A stretch of 63,801 nt of DNA, counting the filler, from Octopus bimaculoides (Eukaryota), in assembly GCF_001194135.2 (NCBI RefSeq). It is 7 parts of 6 records of this genome, joined end to end, with 100 filler letters (N's around TTAATTAATTAA, not from the genome) between each part and the next. Parts side by side here need not be neighbours in the genome. Positions count along the whole stretch, not along the records: positions 1 to 29,812 come from NC_068983.1; 6 more parts are not named here. One strand, given 5' to 3'. The notes beneath the pieces are model-generated. The model saw nothing but the letters and a program-made list of their open reading frames with translations. It was not told the origin of the DNA and did no database searches. Of the stretch, positions 13,130-27,469 are shown in pieces (positions within the stretch are counted from its first letter, which is position 1; each line of letters begins with the position of its first letter). Made by a program: the position numbers and the translations under genes.

Positions 13130-13655
13130 GCAATTTTGGGAAAGGGGTAAGTCGATTTCAACAACCCAGAGTCAAACTGGTACCTATTTTATCAAACCCA
13201 AAAGGATGAAAGGCACATGGCTCAGTGGTTAGAGCGTCGAGTTTACGATCGTGAGGTTGTGAGTTCAAATCCTGGACCAGGTTGCCTGTTGTGTTCTTGA
13301 GCAAGACACTTTATTTCACGTTGCTCCAGTTCACTCAGCTGTAGAAATGAGTTGCAACGTCACAGGTGCCATGCTGTATCAGCCTTTGCCTTTCCCATGG
13401 ATAACATTGGTGGCATGGCGAGAGGAGGCTGGTATGCATGGGCGACTGCTGGTCTTCCATAAAACAACCTTGCCTGGAGGGTAACTTTCTAGGTGCAATC
13501 CCATGGTTATTCATGACTGAAGGCGGTCTCAGCACAAAGGATGAAAGGCAATATTGACCTCGGCAGAATTTGAACTCAAAACATAAAGGGAGACAAAATG
13601 CCACTAAGCATTTTGTCCAGTGTGGTAATGATTCTGCCAGTTTGCTACCAAAGGA
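13130..13655 (-). mobile_element. SINE family B copy interrupted by a family C SINE
   Basis: B-family halves at about 13130-13215 and 13536-13655 are joined across the duplicated 15-mer aaaggatgaaaggca. Confidence 0.7.
13212..13535 (+). mobile_element. tRNA-head SINE, family C, near full length, with a 15-bp target-site duplication
   Basis: A box-like tggctcagtggttagagc, B box-like gagttcaaatcc, CORE-like gtgttcttgagcaagacactt; direct repeat at 13201-13215 and 13536-13550. Confidence 0.75.
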
Positions 13656-13806
13656 ATAATTAAAATATTAACAGAATTCGTGCAACCTTAGCAGCAAAAG
13701 TCATCCAAATTTTGTTAAGGAATAGAATATTGTCTTTTATTATATTATTTTACCCATTTTCATCATTGAACTGCCCCTACTTTGGTACACCTTCCAATTT
13801 TATCAT

Positions 13807-15400
13807 GTACTAGCAGAAATACCCGGCGTTGCCCGGGTTAAAGAGAATAATGAAATCTAAAAACGCCGTCTAGACTACGCATCATCTTTATATATAGAGA
13901 AGTATATGCACACACGCACCCAAACACACGTATATATATGTATATCAATATAAATATATGAAAGTCAATGAAGTTTCGTAAAAGAAGGTGATCATGTACA
14001 TATTTTCTTGCTGTTGTGATTATAACATCTCATTGTAAACTATGTTCCTTGTTTTCCCTTGTGGAGCATATACAAATAGGTTTNNNNNNNNNNNNNNNNN
14101 NNNNNNNNNNNNNNNNNNNNNNNNNNNNNNNNNNNNNNNNNNNNNNNNNNNNNNNNNNNNNNNNNNNNNNNNNNNNNNNNNNNNNNNNNNNNNNNNNNNN
14201 NNNNNNNNNNNNNNNNNNNNNNNNNNNNNNNNNNNNNNNNNNNNNNNNNNNNNNNNNNNNNNNNNNNNNNNNNNNNNNNNNNNNNNNNNNNNNNNNNNNN
14301 NNNNNNNNNNNNNNNNNNNNNNNNNNNNNNNNNNNNNNNNNNNNNNNNNNNNNNNNNNNNNNNNNNNNNNNNNNNNNNNNNNNNNNNNNNNNNNNNNNNN
14401 NNNNNNNNNNNNNNNNNNNNNNNNNNNNNNNNNNNNNNNNNNNNNNNNNNNNNNNNNNNNNNNNNNNNNNNNNNNNNNNNNNNNNNNNNNNNNNNNNNNN
14501 NNNNNNNNNNNNNNNNNNNNNNNNNNNNNNNNNNNNNNNNNNNNNNNNNNNNNNNNNNNNNNNNNNNNNNNNNNNNNNNNNNNNNNNNNNNNNNNNNNNN
14601 NNNNNNNNNNNNNNNNNNNNNNNNNNNNNNNNNNNNNNNNNNNNNNNNNNNNNNNNNNNNNNNNNNNNNNNNNNNNNNNNNNNNNNNNNNNNNNNNNNNN
14701 NNNNNNNNNNNNNNNNNNNNNNNNNNNNNNNNNNNNNNNNNNNNNNNNNNNNNNNNNNNNNNNNNNNNNNNNNNNNNNNNNNNNNNNNNNNNNNNNNNNN
14801 NNNNNNNNNNNNNNNNNNNNNNNNNNNNNNNNNNNNNNNNNNNNNNNNNNNNNNNNNNNNNNNNNNNNNNNNNNNNNNNNNNNNNNNNNNNNNNNNNNNN
14901 NNNNNNNNNNNNNNNNNNNNNNNNNNNNNNNNNNNNNNNNNNNNNNNNNNNNNNNNNNNNNNNNNNNNNNNNNNNNNNNNNNNNNNNNNNNNNNNNNNNN
15001 NNNNNNNNNNNNNNNNNNNNNNNNNNNNNNNNNNNNNNNNNNNNNNNNNNTCTCTCTCTTTCTCTCTCTGTGAAAGTATCTGTCACTACAGTATCGAAAT
15101 GTGATTGTTTCAGTTATTGGAATAGTTTCATTTTTAAAGTGAAAGTATTTGACATGAGTGTTTTTGTTTCACTTTTGACACGTAATACTTAAATAGTGGA
15201 GGAGATATTATGTTGCCGTGTGCTCGAACTCTGCAAGAAGTTAATAATTTTTTTTTGACTAAAACACAACTGGAACCCTAAGTAAGGCATGTGTAAAATT
15301 TGAATGAAATTGGTTGCGTAGTTCTCGAGTTTTAGGGATTCACACAGACAGACAGACAGACAGACAGACACACATTCTCATTTTTATATATATAGATAAA
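13807..15400 (+). mobile_element. Helitron/Helentron-like non-autonomous element ends (interior mostly gap; may be two elements)
   Basis: Start actagcagaaatacccggcgttgcccggg (short inverted repeat). The 15190-15400 end has tgtaaaatttgaatgaaattgg...(gaca)n...ttttatatatatagat, a pattern I recall from Lep1/DINE-like elements. Confidence 0.4.
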
Positions 15401-17157
15401 TATACAAACTGTGAAATACTTGGCAGACTTCATAAGCTGCCACTCTACTAGGGTTAACTGTGTCAAATAATGATGCTTGCCTACTCAAAGACACTGGACA
15501 CTGTCTCTTAGTTCATTTACTTGTCTAATCTCACATGCATAATAAACTAGCTGATGTAACCACCTTCATTTTTTGTATTATTTTTTTCTTGTGATTTCCT
15601 TGAAAAACTCTGTAGTTTACCTTCTGAGAAATTGAAAAGCTGAAAGTAAAAGAAACAATAGTAGCAGAGATACTAATTGTGATAGTATTAGTAGTCATAT
15701 AAGTAGTGGTATTCTTATTAGTAGATTTGTTTTCACTCAATACACAAACACATATGAACATATATGTGTAAGTAAGGTGAAGTCTCTACTGAGAATAAAA
15801 TATATTGCTAAAATTATCAGTAATATTAAACAAACAGACATATCTTGATTCCTATTGATCAATGCTTTTGTTTATTTCTTTACAATTGGCTTTCTGTCTA
15901 TGTGTATTTTGTTAATGGGGGCTCTATGGGAGACTGTTTTGTAGTTTCTATTTCTTTTTTTCTTTTCTTTTTTTTTACATTTTTGGTCATTTGAATAAAA
16001 GTCACGTAAATTTTCAAATCTGGAAGTAAAATATCTTTCACAGAAACTGTTGAATAGAATAAACGTCAGCATGAATAAGTGTTTTTGTCTAAAACTTGCA
16101 TCAACTCTATTCATAATTTAATAACTTTGCACCAAATCTACCATAAATTCAACATACAATATAATGGCTAGTATTGTAATAAACCTTTCACCAATACAAT
16201 ATACAGTTTATGTCATAAAATATTGAACCAACAAGTAAGACTTTATGTGGTTACTCAACCTGCTAAAAACAGCAGCTAAATCGCTCTTAAATTACTCCAT
16301 TTTACAAAAAAAAAAAAAGGCAGGCTTGCTTAACTGCAAAAAATAGTAACCAAGTTCCCTAAAATTACACCTCCTTACTGCCTTGAAAAAGTTAAAGGAC
16401 ACATTAAATTATGTAGACATAGCTGGCCCTAAGAAAATAGAATGGTGAAGGCTGGAAAACCTTTGTTCATAAGTATGCTCAGTTAAGACTGACCTTGGAT
16501 TAAATGAAGTTAAATCATTAACAATTAACAATTCTATACTAAAATCAGTGTAGGTTTAATTATTTTTTTATCATACGTACATTCATACTCTGTTTATAGT
16601 TAATATTGAATTCTGTAAGGAATGTTCCTTATTCAGGACTTTTAAAAAAAATATATAAAAAAATAATAATAGTTATATAAGAAGAAATCTATCTTTAGTC
16701 TTTAAGATTTATTGCATTTGTTTAACATTCAAATTGAAAATTGTACTTTAATAGTAAAATAATCATTTCTTACATAGGCACAAGGTCTGAAATTTGGTTC
16801 AAAGCACTAGTTTGACCCAACTACTTGATTTGAACTTTATTTTATTGACTCTGAAAGGATGAAAGACAAGGTTGACCTTAATAGGATTTGAACTCAGAAT
16901 GTTCTTTATAAAAATTCAATGGTAAAATAAAAAATGGTATACGTTTGGGGCCACTCTTAGAATGCAAACTAAAACTTGAGCCAATGATGGGGCATGTATA
17001 CAAATGTCATTTAACTTGCTAGAAATGGCAGCTAAACTTACTTCCAATCACACCCTACAGTCTTAAAAAAAATGAAAGCATCAACAGCATAGTCTTACTT
17101 ATACACAATTAAAGATTACTTTGGCTCGAATGAATTGGATCATAGATTTGATTCATC

Positions 17158-17525
17158 AGGAGTGGCTGTGTGGTAAGTAGCTTGTTTACCAACCAGATGG
17201 TTCCGGGTTCAGTCCCACTGTGTGGCACCTTGGGTAAGTGTCTTCTACTATAGCTTTGGGCCAACCAAAGCGTTGTGAGTGGATTTGGTAGACAGAAACT
17301 GAAAGAAGCCCATCATATATATATATGTTTGTGTGTCTGTGTTTGTCCCCCCACCATCGCTTGACAACCGATGCTGGTGTGTTTACGTCCCCGTAATCTA
17401 GCGATTCGGCAAAAAGACACCGATAGAATAAGTACTAGGCTTACAAAGAATAAGTCCTGGGGTCGATTTGCTCGACTAAAGACGGTGCTCCAGCATGGCC
17501 GCAGTCAAATGACTGAAACAAGTAA
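17158..17525 (+). mobile_element. tRNA-head SINE, family A, full length
   Basis: ggagtggctgtgtggtaag...gggttcagtccc...ggcaccttgggtaagtgtcttctactatagc, internal (TA/TG)n, 3' part ending gtcaaatgactgaaacaag. Confidence 0.8.
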
Positions 17526-19999
17526 TAGAGATAAGGTTTCCTGACTCTGAAGTACACCAAATGTGTAAAGGAGCTGCACAATTTTATTAGTCCTACCACT
17601 TGTTATTAAGTAACATATAAGGACCAGAGAAAGGTAATCACCAGGTTGTTGGTATTTGTATTTTACTAAAGACAAATTAATTAAGTTAATTTTATTTTCT
17701 GTAATGAGAAAATTGCTGTTCCTTATCAGGATCAAATTATCTTGTGAGGTGCTCACTATATAGTCCTAATTGCAATGGATGAATCATCTAGAAAGACTGA
17801 TATTTAATTGGCAAAGTAGCTCTTTTGTATACAACTTAAAATTGGTTATCCCTTGAAATCATGAAGAATTATTTCAAAACTGGCTTCACTATGGATACAT
17901 GCAACTATGAAACGATTATTTTTTATGCATGGAAATTTATTGTAGTAGCATCCAAGAACATAGGTATGAAATAAAACTGCTCCAAGTTTTCAAGAAAATA
18001 TAGGCTCCTAGTTACCAAGGCCACCTGTTTCATTTATTGTAAAGTAATTCTTAAATGTATGGTTAAAAAGTCTATGCTGCAAGGAGATGATTTTGAACTG
18101 TATCCCAAACCATATCAGGAGTTTTTTACCACAACATAGAAGTGATAGAAGTGTTGTGAGTGAAATTTGGTAGACAGTACAATCCCATCAAAAGGGCTGT
18201 TCATATCTTAAGGCAACAGACTTAATCTGTTACCTAATTAGTACCACCATTATAGTCTTTGCATGCCAATACATACACTTACCTGAGGATAACTTCCTGC
18301 TATCAGTATATCATAGTATTTAATAGAAATATCAGTTACTTGATATTCTACCACAGCTAATTTATTCTATCTTTGAACATTAACATCTTATTTAATTTAG
18401 AGGATAGTTTTCCTGACAAAAGGTATTTTTATCAGCATCGGTTAGATTTTTCAAATAACACACAACTGCACTCAGTTGTATTTACTCAGCTGTATTTAAT
18501 TACACTTTGAAAATTACTGATCTTAATTAAAATTACCGTTCTTTGCAAAAGATATAAAATATTCACCTTAATAATTTTGTACTAAACTATCCTTAAAAAT
18601 CAGCATGAAATTCAATATCTAATTTATCAAGAATTACATAAAAATTTTTGTATACAGTTGAGAGGTTATTATCAAACTTCCTCTAAATTCAGTTGAAATA
18701 TTCACACTAAATGTACTCCAGCTAAATATTTAATGTAAAAACGATAGTTCTGTATTTGTTTTATAGCTTGTCTAAATGAAAATTATAATTTACATGAATT
18801 TATAAGCCTGGTTTAATAAACTTTTGTAACAAACATAATTTTTTTTTAACCTGTGACCAATTAATTATACCATTTGGTCAACTGGGATCTGCATCTAGGT
18901 TAACCCCCTTTATCACTATTTACTTCTTTATTTCTACAAGTTATTTTAGTTATTTTAGCATTGTTTTTTTTTTTAAATAGCATTGTTTTTTTTAAATAGC
19001 ATTGTTTTTTTTTAAATAGCATATATACTTCTTTTGTTTTCTTAATCTATAGATTGTATTTTTAATTATGGTGGGACAGTTGTGAAACCCAGCCTATATT
19101 AATCAATAAAAAATTGTTGACTGGACAAGAGAAGTTAAATATTTGGCATTTGTGTTAGAAATATTTTTCTTGAAAACAAGTTGTTATATTAATGATTGTA
19201 ACTTTTGCAATGTTTTTTTTTTTTTTTAATATCCTTAATGATATTTTAAAATGAAATTCAGAAATCAGCAGTGTTGGAATAAAACTTCATATTGCTGATT
19301 AGCTTCTGTGGTAGGGCTTCCCCAGAAAACAATAACACTTGTCATTTACTTGCAGATGCCATATTATTTTATTAAAAGCTATCTGATATTTATTCTTGTT
19401 CAAATGGACACTAGTTGTCAACTTGTCAAACATACAAGCTGAAAATGGAGGCTATAAACAGAGTTGAACAAATATGCCTGAAGTAGACAGTCTCATAATG
19501 TGTTGCTATACTTGAACATCATAACAATTAGAATATTGGAGTGTTTTACTTATAAGTATATGGTTACTATTGAAAGCCAGAAGTAATCATCAGCTATAAT
19601 AATATTATCCTTATAAAACATACACAAGGAACATGATAAGAATATTTCTTTCCTTCTTTAATTCCTTGTCAAATTTTTCCAGCCTGATTCAATATACAGT
19701 TTAGAAGCTTTTACCAAAACTTTCACACATTCAGTGAAATGTTTTCATACAAAATTCACATTCAGTAAATATTCAATACAAAACTTTAGTCTTGTGTGTA
19801 ACTTGCAGTAAATCTACACAAAACTCTCCTACTCAATAGTTTGGTAGAGTTTTCTGTCAGATGTAAATACTTCATGCTTGTAATTTTTTTTTTTTTCATC
19901 AGCTAGGTCTGGAGGAAAGAAGAGTACCCATGCTTTACTGGCCATCAAAGGCCATTAAGACTGATGCCATAAATATTCATAGAAATTCCAGAGGTAACG

Positions 20000-20212
20000 A
20001 GTGAGCTGGCAGAAACTTTAGCATTCCGGGCAAAATGCTTAGCGGTATTTCATCTGCCGCTACGTTCTGAGTTCAAATTCCACTGAGGTCGACTTTGCCT
20101 TTCATCCTTTCGGGGTCGATAAATTAAGTACTAGTTACACACTGCAGTCGATGTAATCGACTTAATCCCTTGTTTGTCCCCTTGTGGGCAGTAAAGAAAT
20201 TACAGAGGTATA
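20000..20212 (+). mobile_element. SINE family B, well preserved
   Basis: gagctggcagaaactttagc...ttctgagttcaaattcc...gtcgactttgcctttcatcctttcggggtcgataaattaagtac...ccccttgtgggcagtaaagaaat. Confidence 0.8.
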
Positions 20213-21122
20213 ACTTTCTGGAGAAGTACTGGGCATAGTGGTTAGTACAGAACCCTATAAATGGATGCAACATGGTAATGATTAAAGGAGAGATGAGTGA
20301 ACAGGGAATGCCAGAACCAAGGAATTGTAGCCACTGTAAAAAAGATGTGAAGAGACAGTACATTTGTGGGTACAAGATTGAAACATTTCTGAGTCAAACA
20401 TACAAACTGAAAATAGAGGATATAAATAGTCTTGAACAAACACAGCTGAATACAGTTTCTTTTTTCCTATATAATTCTTTCTTATATATACTTTTTCTTA
20501 TTTTAATATTCCTTCACTGACTGATTGATTCTGACCATGATCTTTAATGAAACAAAATATAATACATCATTTTTCAGAGAAATGTTGTAATTTTGTAACA
20601 CAGAAATTCTGAAATGATTTTTATTCACTTTTTGTGACTCAGTTTGCAGAGAAAAAACAGTGCTTAAGATTCTTTATGTAGAGCTTCCAATATTGATGGG
20701 ATAAGTAATTCTCAGTGACAGAGGTCTGATAGACCAAACACTCCCAACAGACTGAACTCTCCTAATGGCACTCAATGGTCAGGTGAATCCAGGTGAAGAA
20801 TTCAGTCTTCTACTCTAGGACAGGTATAGTCCACCTAGAAAACTTCCGCACAGCTTCTAACAACTTAGTTTTACTTATAAGATTTAGACCAACTCAAGAT
20901 ATTTGTTTAAGGTATAGTGCCCTGAGATTGAGCTCAAATATATGTAACTCTATATGTGTGTGTGTGTATGTGTGCGTGTGTGCATGCACGTGTACGTGCA
21001 AGTATGGTGAGTCGATTTTACTCTGATGATGTCTCTTATAAAAATACTACTATATCTAATCATCGCTATTGATTTGTGAATGCCAAGCCTCAAATTGTTG
21101 GAACATTCAAAATATATACATG

Positions 21123-21177
<55 letters not shown>

Positions 21178-21229
21178 ACTAGCAATAACCGTGCCTCAGA
21201 TTTGCCTCATTATCCATGGTACTGCTTCT

Positions 21230-21267
<38 letters not shown>

Positions 21268-21409
21268 GTTTGTATATATATAATAATTATAATCATATAT
21301 TATTTATATAATCATACATCTGCCATTTAAATTGACTAAACCTAAACCATCTTTTTACAGTCAATTGTTTAGGTTTAGTCACTCTAAATGGAGCATTTAT
21401 TATTATATT

Positions 21410-21846
21410 CTTTTATTCTTTTACTTGTTTGAATCATTTGACTGCGGCCATACTGGAGCACTGCCTTAAAGGGTGTCAGTCAAAGAAATCGACCCCAAGA
21501 CTTATTCTTTGTGAACCTACTACTTATTTTATTGGTCTCTTTTGCTGAAGAACTAGGTTACAGGTACATACACACCAGCATCAGTTGTCAAGCAATGATG
21601 AGAGGACAAACCCAGACACACACACACAAATATGTACGTATATGTATGTACATATATNNNNNNNNNNATATATATATATATATGACAAGCTTCTTCTAGT
21701 TTCCATCTATCAAATCTATTCACAAGGCTTTGGTCAGCCCAAGACTATAGTAGATGACACGATGACACTTGCCCAAGGTGCCACACTGTGGGACTGAACC
21801 CAGCACCATGCTGGGAAGCAAGCTTCTTACCACACAGCCACACCTA
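21410..21846 (-). mobile_element. SINE family A
   Basis: Reverse complement of the 17158-17525 family. Confidence 0.75.
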
Positions 21847-21948
21847 TATAAAATATAACTTTAGTTTTTAATGAAAATGAACCTATGTGTTGGTCTTCTC
21901 TGTATTTTACAGCCATCAGGTTTGTTTACAAATCAATAAACATATATA

Positions 21949-22830
21949 CGTGGTCTGATCAATAAATATCCGGATTGTTGCCATAGTATCAAAGCTAAAA
22001 CACGCAGAGTGAATCCACTTGACACATGTTGACCTGGAATGCTGTTGTGCATGTACACTAAGTTTTAACGCTCTAACTCTCTTCCACTATTTACAGCAGT
22101 GTTTGGAAGGAAGGTGTGTAGTGTGTGATCATCACATTGACCATGACAGAGAAAGTTGAGCAGAGAACCTGCATCAAATTTTGCCAAAAGCTTGGTGATA
22201 CCTACTCAGAGGCCTATGCAAAATTTTCAAAAGGTTTTCATCGTTCTTCACACAATCAAGGAGATTTTGTGCAACTGAAACCCAAGTGTCTTTTTGGTCA
22301 GCTGAAAGCAGTTTAGGAACAAACTTGGCAGACATGAGTCTCATACCCAAATCTTCAGTAATAATGGACTGAACTGAACCGTAACTAATCTGCACATTTT
22401 CTGATAACTCATGGATGGTGATTCAATGATTTTCCCTCACAGCTGCTCACACATCTGCAATGTTTTCCTCAGTTCTGCTGGTTGCAGGTCTCCCAGAACA
22501 TTCGTCAATATCAACATTTTTCCATCTTGGAAATGTCTGAACCACTCGTACACTTGTGTGCAGCTCATACACCCCTCTCCATGCACTTTCTGCAACTGTG
22601 TGTTGGCCTCTGAGCAGGTATCACCATGACAACTTTCTCTGTCATGGTCAATATGACAATCATATGCTACACACCTTCCTTCCAAGCACTGCTGTAAACA
22701 GCAGAAGTAAGTTAGAACATTAAAACTTAGTGCGCATGCACAGCAGAGTTCAAAGTCAGTCTTTGCCAAGTGGTTTTACTCTGCATGCTTAAGCCTCTTT
22801 ACAATAACAACAGTCTGGATACATTTATAA
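21949..22830 (-). mobile_element. Non-autonomous mariner derivative with long inverted arms, copy 1
   Basis: TA then TIR cgtggtctgatcaataaatatccggattgttgccata. The left arm encodes MTEKVEQRTCIKFCQKLGDTYSEAYAK. The inverted right arm encodes transposase N-terminal remnants (QVYEWFR, QISYGSVQSIITEDLGMR..SAKFVPKLLS). Confidence 0.8.
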
Positions 22831-23008
22831 CATCATCATAATTGAATGTCCATTTTCCATGCTGGATTGGGCAGGAAGATTTGACAAGGGTTGGCAAGCC
22901 AGAGAGCTACATCAGGCTCTGCTACCTACTTTGGTATGGTTCATACAGCAGGATATCCTTCTTAGCACCAACTTCTTTACAGAGCATACTGAGTGGTATG
23001 TATATATA

Positions 23009-23065
<57 letters not shown>

Positions 23066-26000
23066 GTATGCAAAAGTGTGTGTGTGTGTGTGTGTGTGTG
23101 ACAGATTAAGCTGTCAAAACATATCATCCATTAGTAAATCAAAATGTCACAGATATACCAGTTCAATGATTTGGAATGTTAATGGAAGAAAACCTTAGAG
23201 ATATTGTACAGAACAAGAAAATAAAAAACAATCATTGTAGTTTATTCTTATCACTTGGTGTATTACTGTATCTAAAATGTTTACAAGGTTAGAGGTATAT
23301 TTCATTACTTCTGCAAAATCAAGAAATATAACGTTACCTATCATTGAATTTATGAATACAAAGTAAAACACATCTTTGAGATTGTCCAAAAAGTTCCTAC
23401 TGATTCAGTAAAATAGTTTCTTTTTTACCCTTTTAGAGATGTCCAAATAAGCAATGTTCTTTTGTTTGTAACTTCACAAGCATCATGTGTCTCTTAATTG
23501 TATGCTAGAGGCTCTCTATGAAGGTAAAGCTTCTATTGAAAGTTGTTTATTTATCTTTCAGTACAGGAAAATGTTTAAAATATTTGTATATCACTATATG
23601 CTGTTTTCTGAACATACTAAAATAAATAAATAAATAGATAACAGGATAAATAAATAAATAAATAAATAGGCAAAACCAAAATTGTATCTACATACACACA
23701 GACGCGTGCACACACACATACACACACACATGCATGCATATAAACTTATATCTACACATGCAACTGCTATTCTAATAGTCTGTCTATGCTTGGTTTATCT
23801 ATACATATATATATACTGCAATATTTTCTTGATAGTGTGTGTTTGTATGCATACATACACTTATATACATGTGTATGCGCACACACACAAATGCACACGT
23901 ATTCGTCTCTGTGCATTGCTAAATCATTAGCAATGTCACATAAAAAGTTGATCAGAATTTACTAGTTTAATAAAAAGAAGATGCTTGACTTGTACCAGGA
24001 TGCCTGGCTCCAAACCAATTACCTCAAAAGATAAAAAATAAAATCAGAAATGCAACAGAGAAGTTGCCTATAAATTGTTTTCATCAAAGAATTATTTGAT
24101 TCTGCATGGAATTTTCTAAGATCAATACTCATTCCATCAAAGATAATTCACCCCAAATGTTGTCTATTTGGATAAATGGCTGTATGCAAAAATAGCTTGG
24201 AATTTACTTTCTTATACACTTTTATTATATCCTTCAGTTGCACAGCTGCTGATATTGATAAATGATGTCATGGAAGTAGGTTAGCAACAAACATAATTTT
24301 AACTTATGCTGTTCACTTTTTGGGGGAAATAAATTTAATTTTTTTTATTAATGCTTGTATTGAATCATTTAGTGGAATAAGGGACTCTGTATCTTGGATT
24401 CAATATTTGCTTTGGTGACTCTGTGACGCCCTTTGATAATTCATGTTATTCTACTCCCCATAATCTATATACATCAAAAGCAGATGATTTTATCACTTCT
24501 TAATTGAAACTATTTATATTTAAAAAGGAAATTCACCAATAATATTTTATAACCAATAATAACTATAAGTCACAAAATTCTGTGTCTGACCCAACTTAAT
24601 ATAGGAAAAAATAGAATGAAACAAGTGCAAATTATCAGAAAATATATTTGGCAACAAATTTGGGGGCAATCTAAAACTTTGATACTAAGTAGATTAGCTT
24701 ATATTTCATTTGAAAGCTAATGATTTATAGAATGAAGCATTTAGAAGTATTCAGTAAGTCATTATCGTATAATGTTTCCATCCATTCAGCTCTGTTTGAT
24801 CTGCTGCTAGATGAAGTCTGAGCATATATTTGCTGGCTTAGCTATGATGGTTGTATGTCTACATGTCCATATTAGCCAAGTATGAGTCAGACAGGGTGCT
24901 TCTACAGTTGAGTGATTAGCTCTGACCATGGGCACTCGAACTCAGAATGCAAAGTGCAGCATCAGATGCCACAAAGCATCTTGAATGACAATCAAATAAT
25001 TTCACCAACCCACTGACTTTGACTGGTAGTTTATTTATCAACCCCTGAACTGCTAAAAGGCAAATATGACCTGATATATTGAGAGGTATATATATTTTGC
25101 ATATTTAATATCATTGAGTCAATAAATAATAAATAATCATTTTATCATTATATAGGAAGAGCTAAATGTGTGATCTTTCATTTGTAAATAATTTAGTAGG
25201 TTTTCACAGTCAGATTTCCAGTTGTCACATGCTGATATGAATAAAACAAAAATAAAAAGCAAAGTTCAGAAATATTCCTGAACGTAGTAGTTGTACATCA
25301 CAGATAGTTGCTAGATAGTAAATTAGAAATCAAATATGTTTTCAACAAGATAATAGAATATTTATGAATACAGTAAAATATTCCTATGACAATAGTCACA
25401 TATTTAGTATTTTTATCTTTCCTGTGTTTGTTGAATAGATTTTCACCTAAAGTTAAGGTACATTTTGTTTCCGAAGCTGTAAAGCTTATTTTGTTGTCAA
25501 CTAAATTATGCAGATAACATAATTTTCAAAGCTATTTGTGAAACAATTAAGGTTAATAAAGGATTACTCAAGATGGATGTTATGAAGAAAATCTGAGATT
25601 ATTTTGAAATGAGCTTTATGCAACATCTAGATAAATATTGTCGTATTCAACAACTACTTCTCTTTTGTAGAAATATTATTATTTAGAAAGAATACTAAGA
25701 ACACAACATATGTTTAATAACCAAATATTTTTAGTATTGGATTTAAATGATTGTTTTTATTTCTTTCACAAGATGATTTGGTTACTGTATAGAAACTTCA
25801 CAATAAATTACTGCTAGTACAGTACTTCAACATTGCATCGTTCTTCTGTTCTCAGCTACGATTAACCCATAGTTTTTATGTATCAAGAACTATATTGTTC
25901 AATGTGTGCTTCAGAATGGTGTGATTTGAGGGACATTTCGACATTATTTCTAGTATATTGAGTTGCCACAGAGGGGTTTGGGATTCATCATTCATTCACT

Positions 26001-26586
26001 CATAACATGTAAATCTGGTTGCTTGAGTTATACAGCTTATTCAAAACAATGTACAATTCATGAGTTACTAGCCCCTTATCCACTCAAACAAAGTGATATT
26101 GCATGTAAACAATATGGATTTCTTATAGAGTCACAAGATCACCGATTTAAGCATTAAGCACAGTTGATTATATCAACCCATGAAGTTAACTGGTATGTTA
26201 TTTTGCAAAATTATTAAATGAAAAATCATGGAGTTGGTATATAAAACTTTCAACTTACAGGAAATTTCTAGCCCATTCTCTTAAAAAAGAAAGTACTTTG
26301 CTTGCTGTGCCAGACTGGCTGTTAATGTTACAAGCAACACTCATACCTAAAGGCTATGAGACATATGTAGTAAAAGAGTTTCAGACCCATATCAGGCTTA
26401 AAATGATATGTATAATCTGTACTCAGTTTACTTGAATGAGATCCACCAAGATCACTCTCAAACAAATAATGTGGGAGTTCATGATGATCATCATCATACC
26501 GTTTTAATGTCCATTTTTGCCATGCAGAATACTGGAAGTGAATGACGTTCATTCACAATAGACGATGTCAGGGCAAGGAAATACAA

Positions 26587-26617
<31 letters not shown>

Positions 26618-27469
26618 TGCACACACATACACCCACACATCACACACATTAATACATATCTAAATGTGGGATTCTTTCAGTTTTTTTCTACCAGATCCAC
26701 TCACAACACTTTGGACAGCCAAGGATTATAGTAGAAGATACTTGTCTAAGATACCACACAGTGTGACTGAATCTAAAACCATTTAACCCACACAGCCATG
26801 CCTACACTTTTGATCTTTATGATATATAAGGATAAGCAATGATAACCAAAGCAAAATTTAAATTCAGAAAGAAAAAGGGTTACAGCCAAATCCCACAAAG
26901 TATTTTCTGTGTCACTCTACTGATTCTGCAGTGTATATTATGAACTAAAGATTCACTTATAGATTCACTTATGTAGAAGCCTGATTTTGAAATCTTTGTA
27001 GCAGATGATCCAGTCCTTTCTGCCTACTTTTGTGATCTTTGAATTTCTGCATTCCCTACATGTTTTCATTAAACATTTAACAATGTATTTTATTATTGCT
27101 GTTGCATGTTTCCAGATCATGCTGTTGCATGTTTCCAGATCATACAATGGGCTTTGCTTGCTTGTGATTACTATCTAAGTAAAGTTTAGAACTAGATTAC
27201 TGAATTTATAGCCAAAATACAGTATATTTAACATTTTACAATGCTTGCTACAAATTAAGTGGTTCTTTTCATGAAGTTTCCTTTTAAACATCCATATACC
27301 AAATCTATAGACCAATTAGTTGAATTTATGCTTTTCATATAACACTTTACAGCAGAGGAGACATGCATAATTAAAAAGTTATTGCTTTTCATTTAGTTTT
27401 GTGCCAAACAGATATTTTTCCAACTAGACTTTTGTTTTCCTATGAGAAAAGTTTGCTATAGGTGTAGGA

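Noticed and set aside
13216-13280. tRNA-like sequences at SINE heads
   Set aside because: A/B boxes continue into SINE bodies without a complete cloverleaf; not tRNA genes.
18955-19022. Short tandem duplications (about 20-bp x3 here; 23-bp x2 at about 27097; 17-bp x2 at about 58395)
   Set aside because: Ordinary slippage duplications; no unique spacers and not CRISPR-like.
20272-20520. ORF with a CxxC motif (CSHCKK)
   Set aside because: No convincing splice sites or family similarity; trails into low-complexity sequence.
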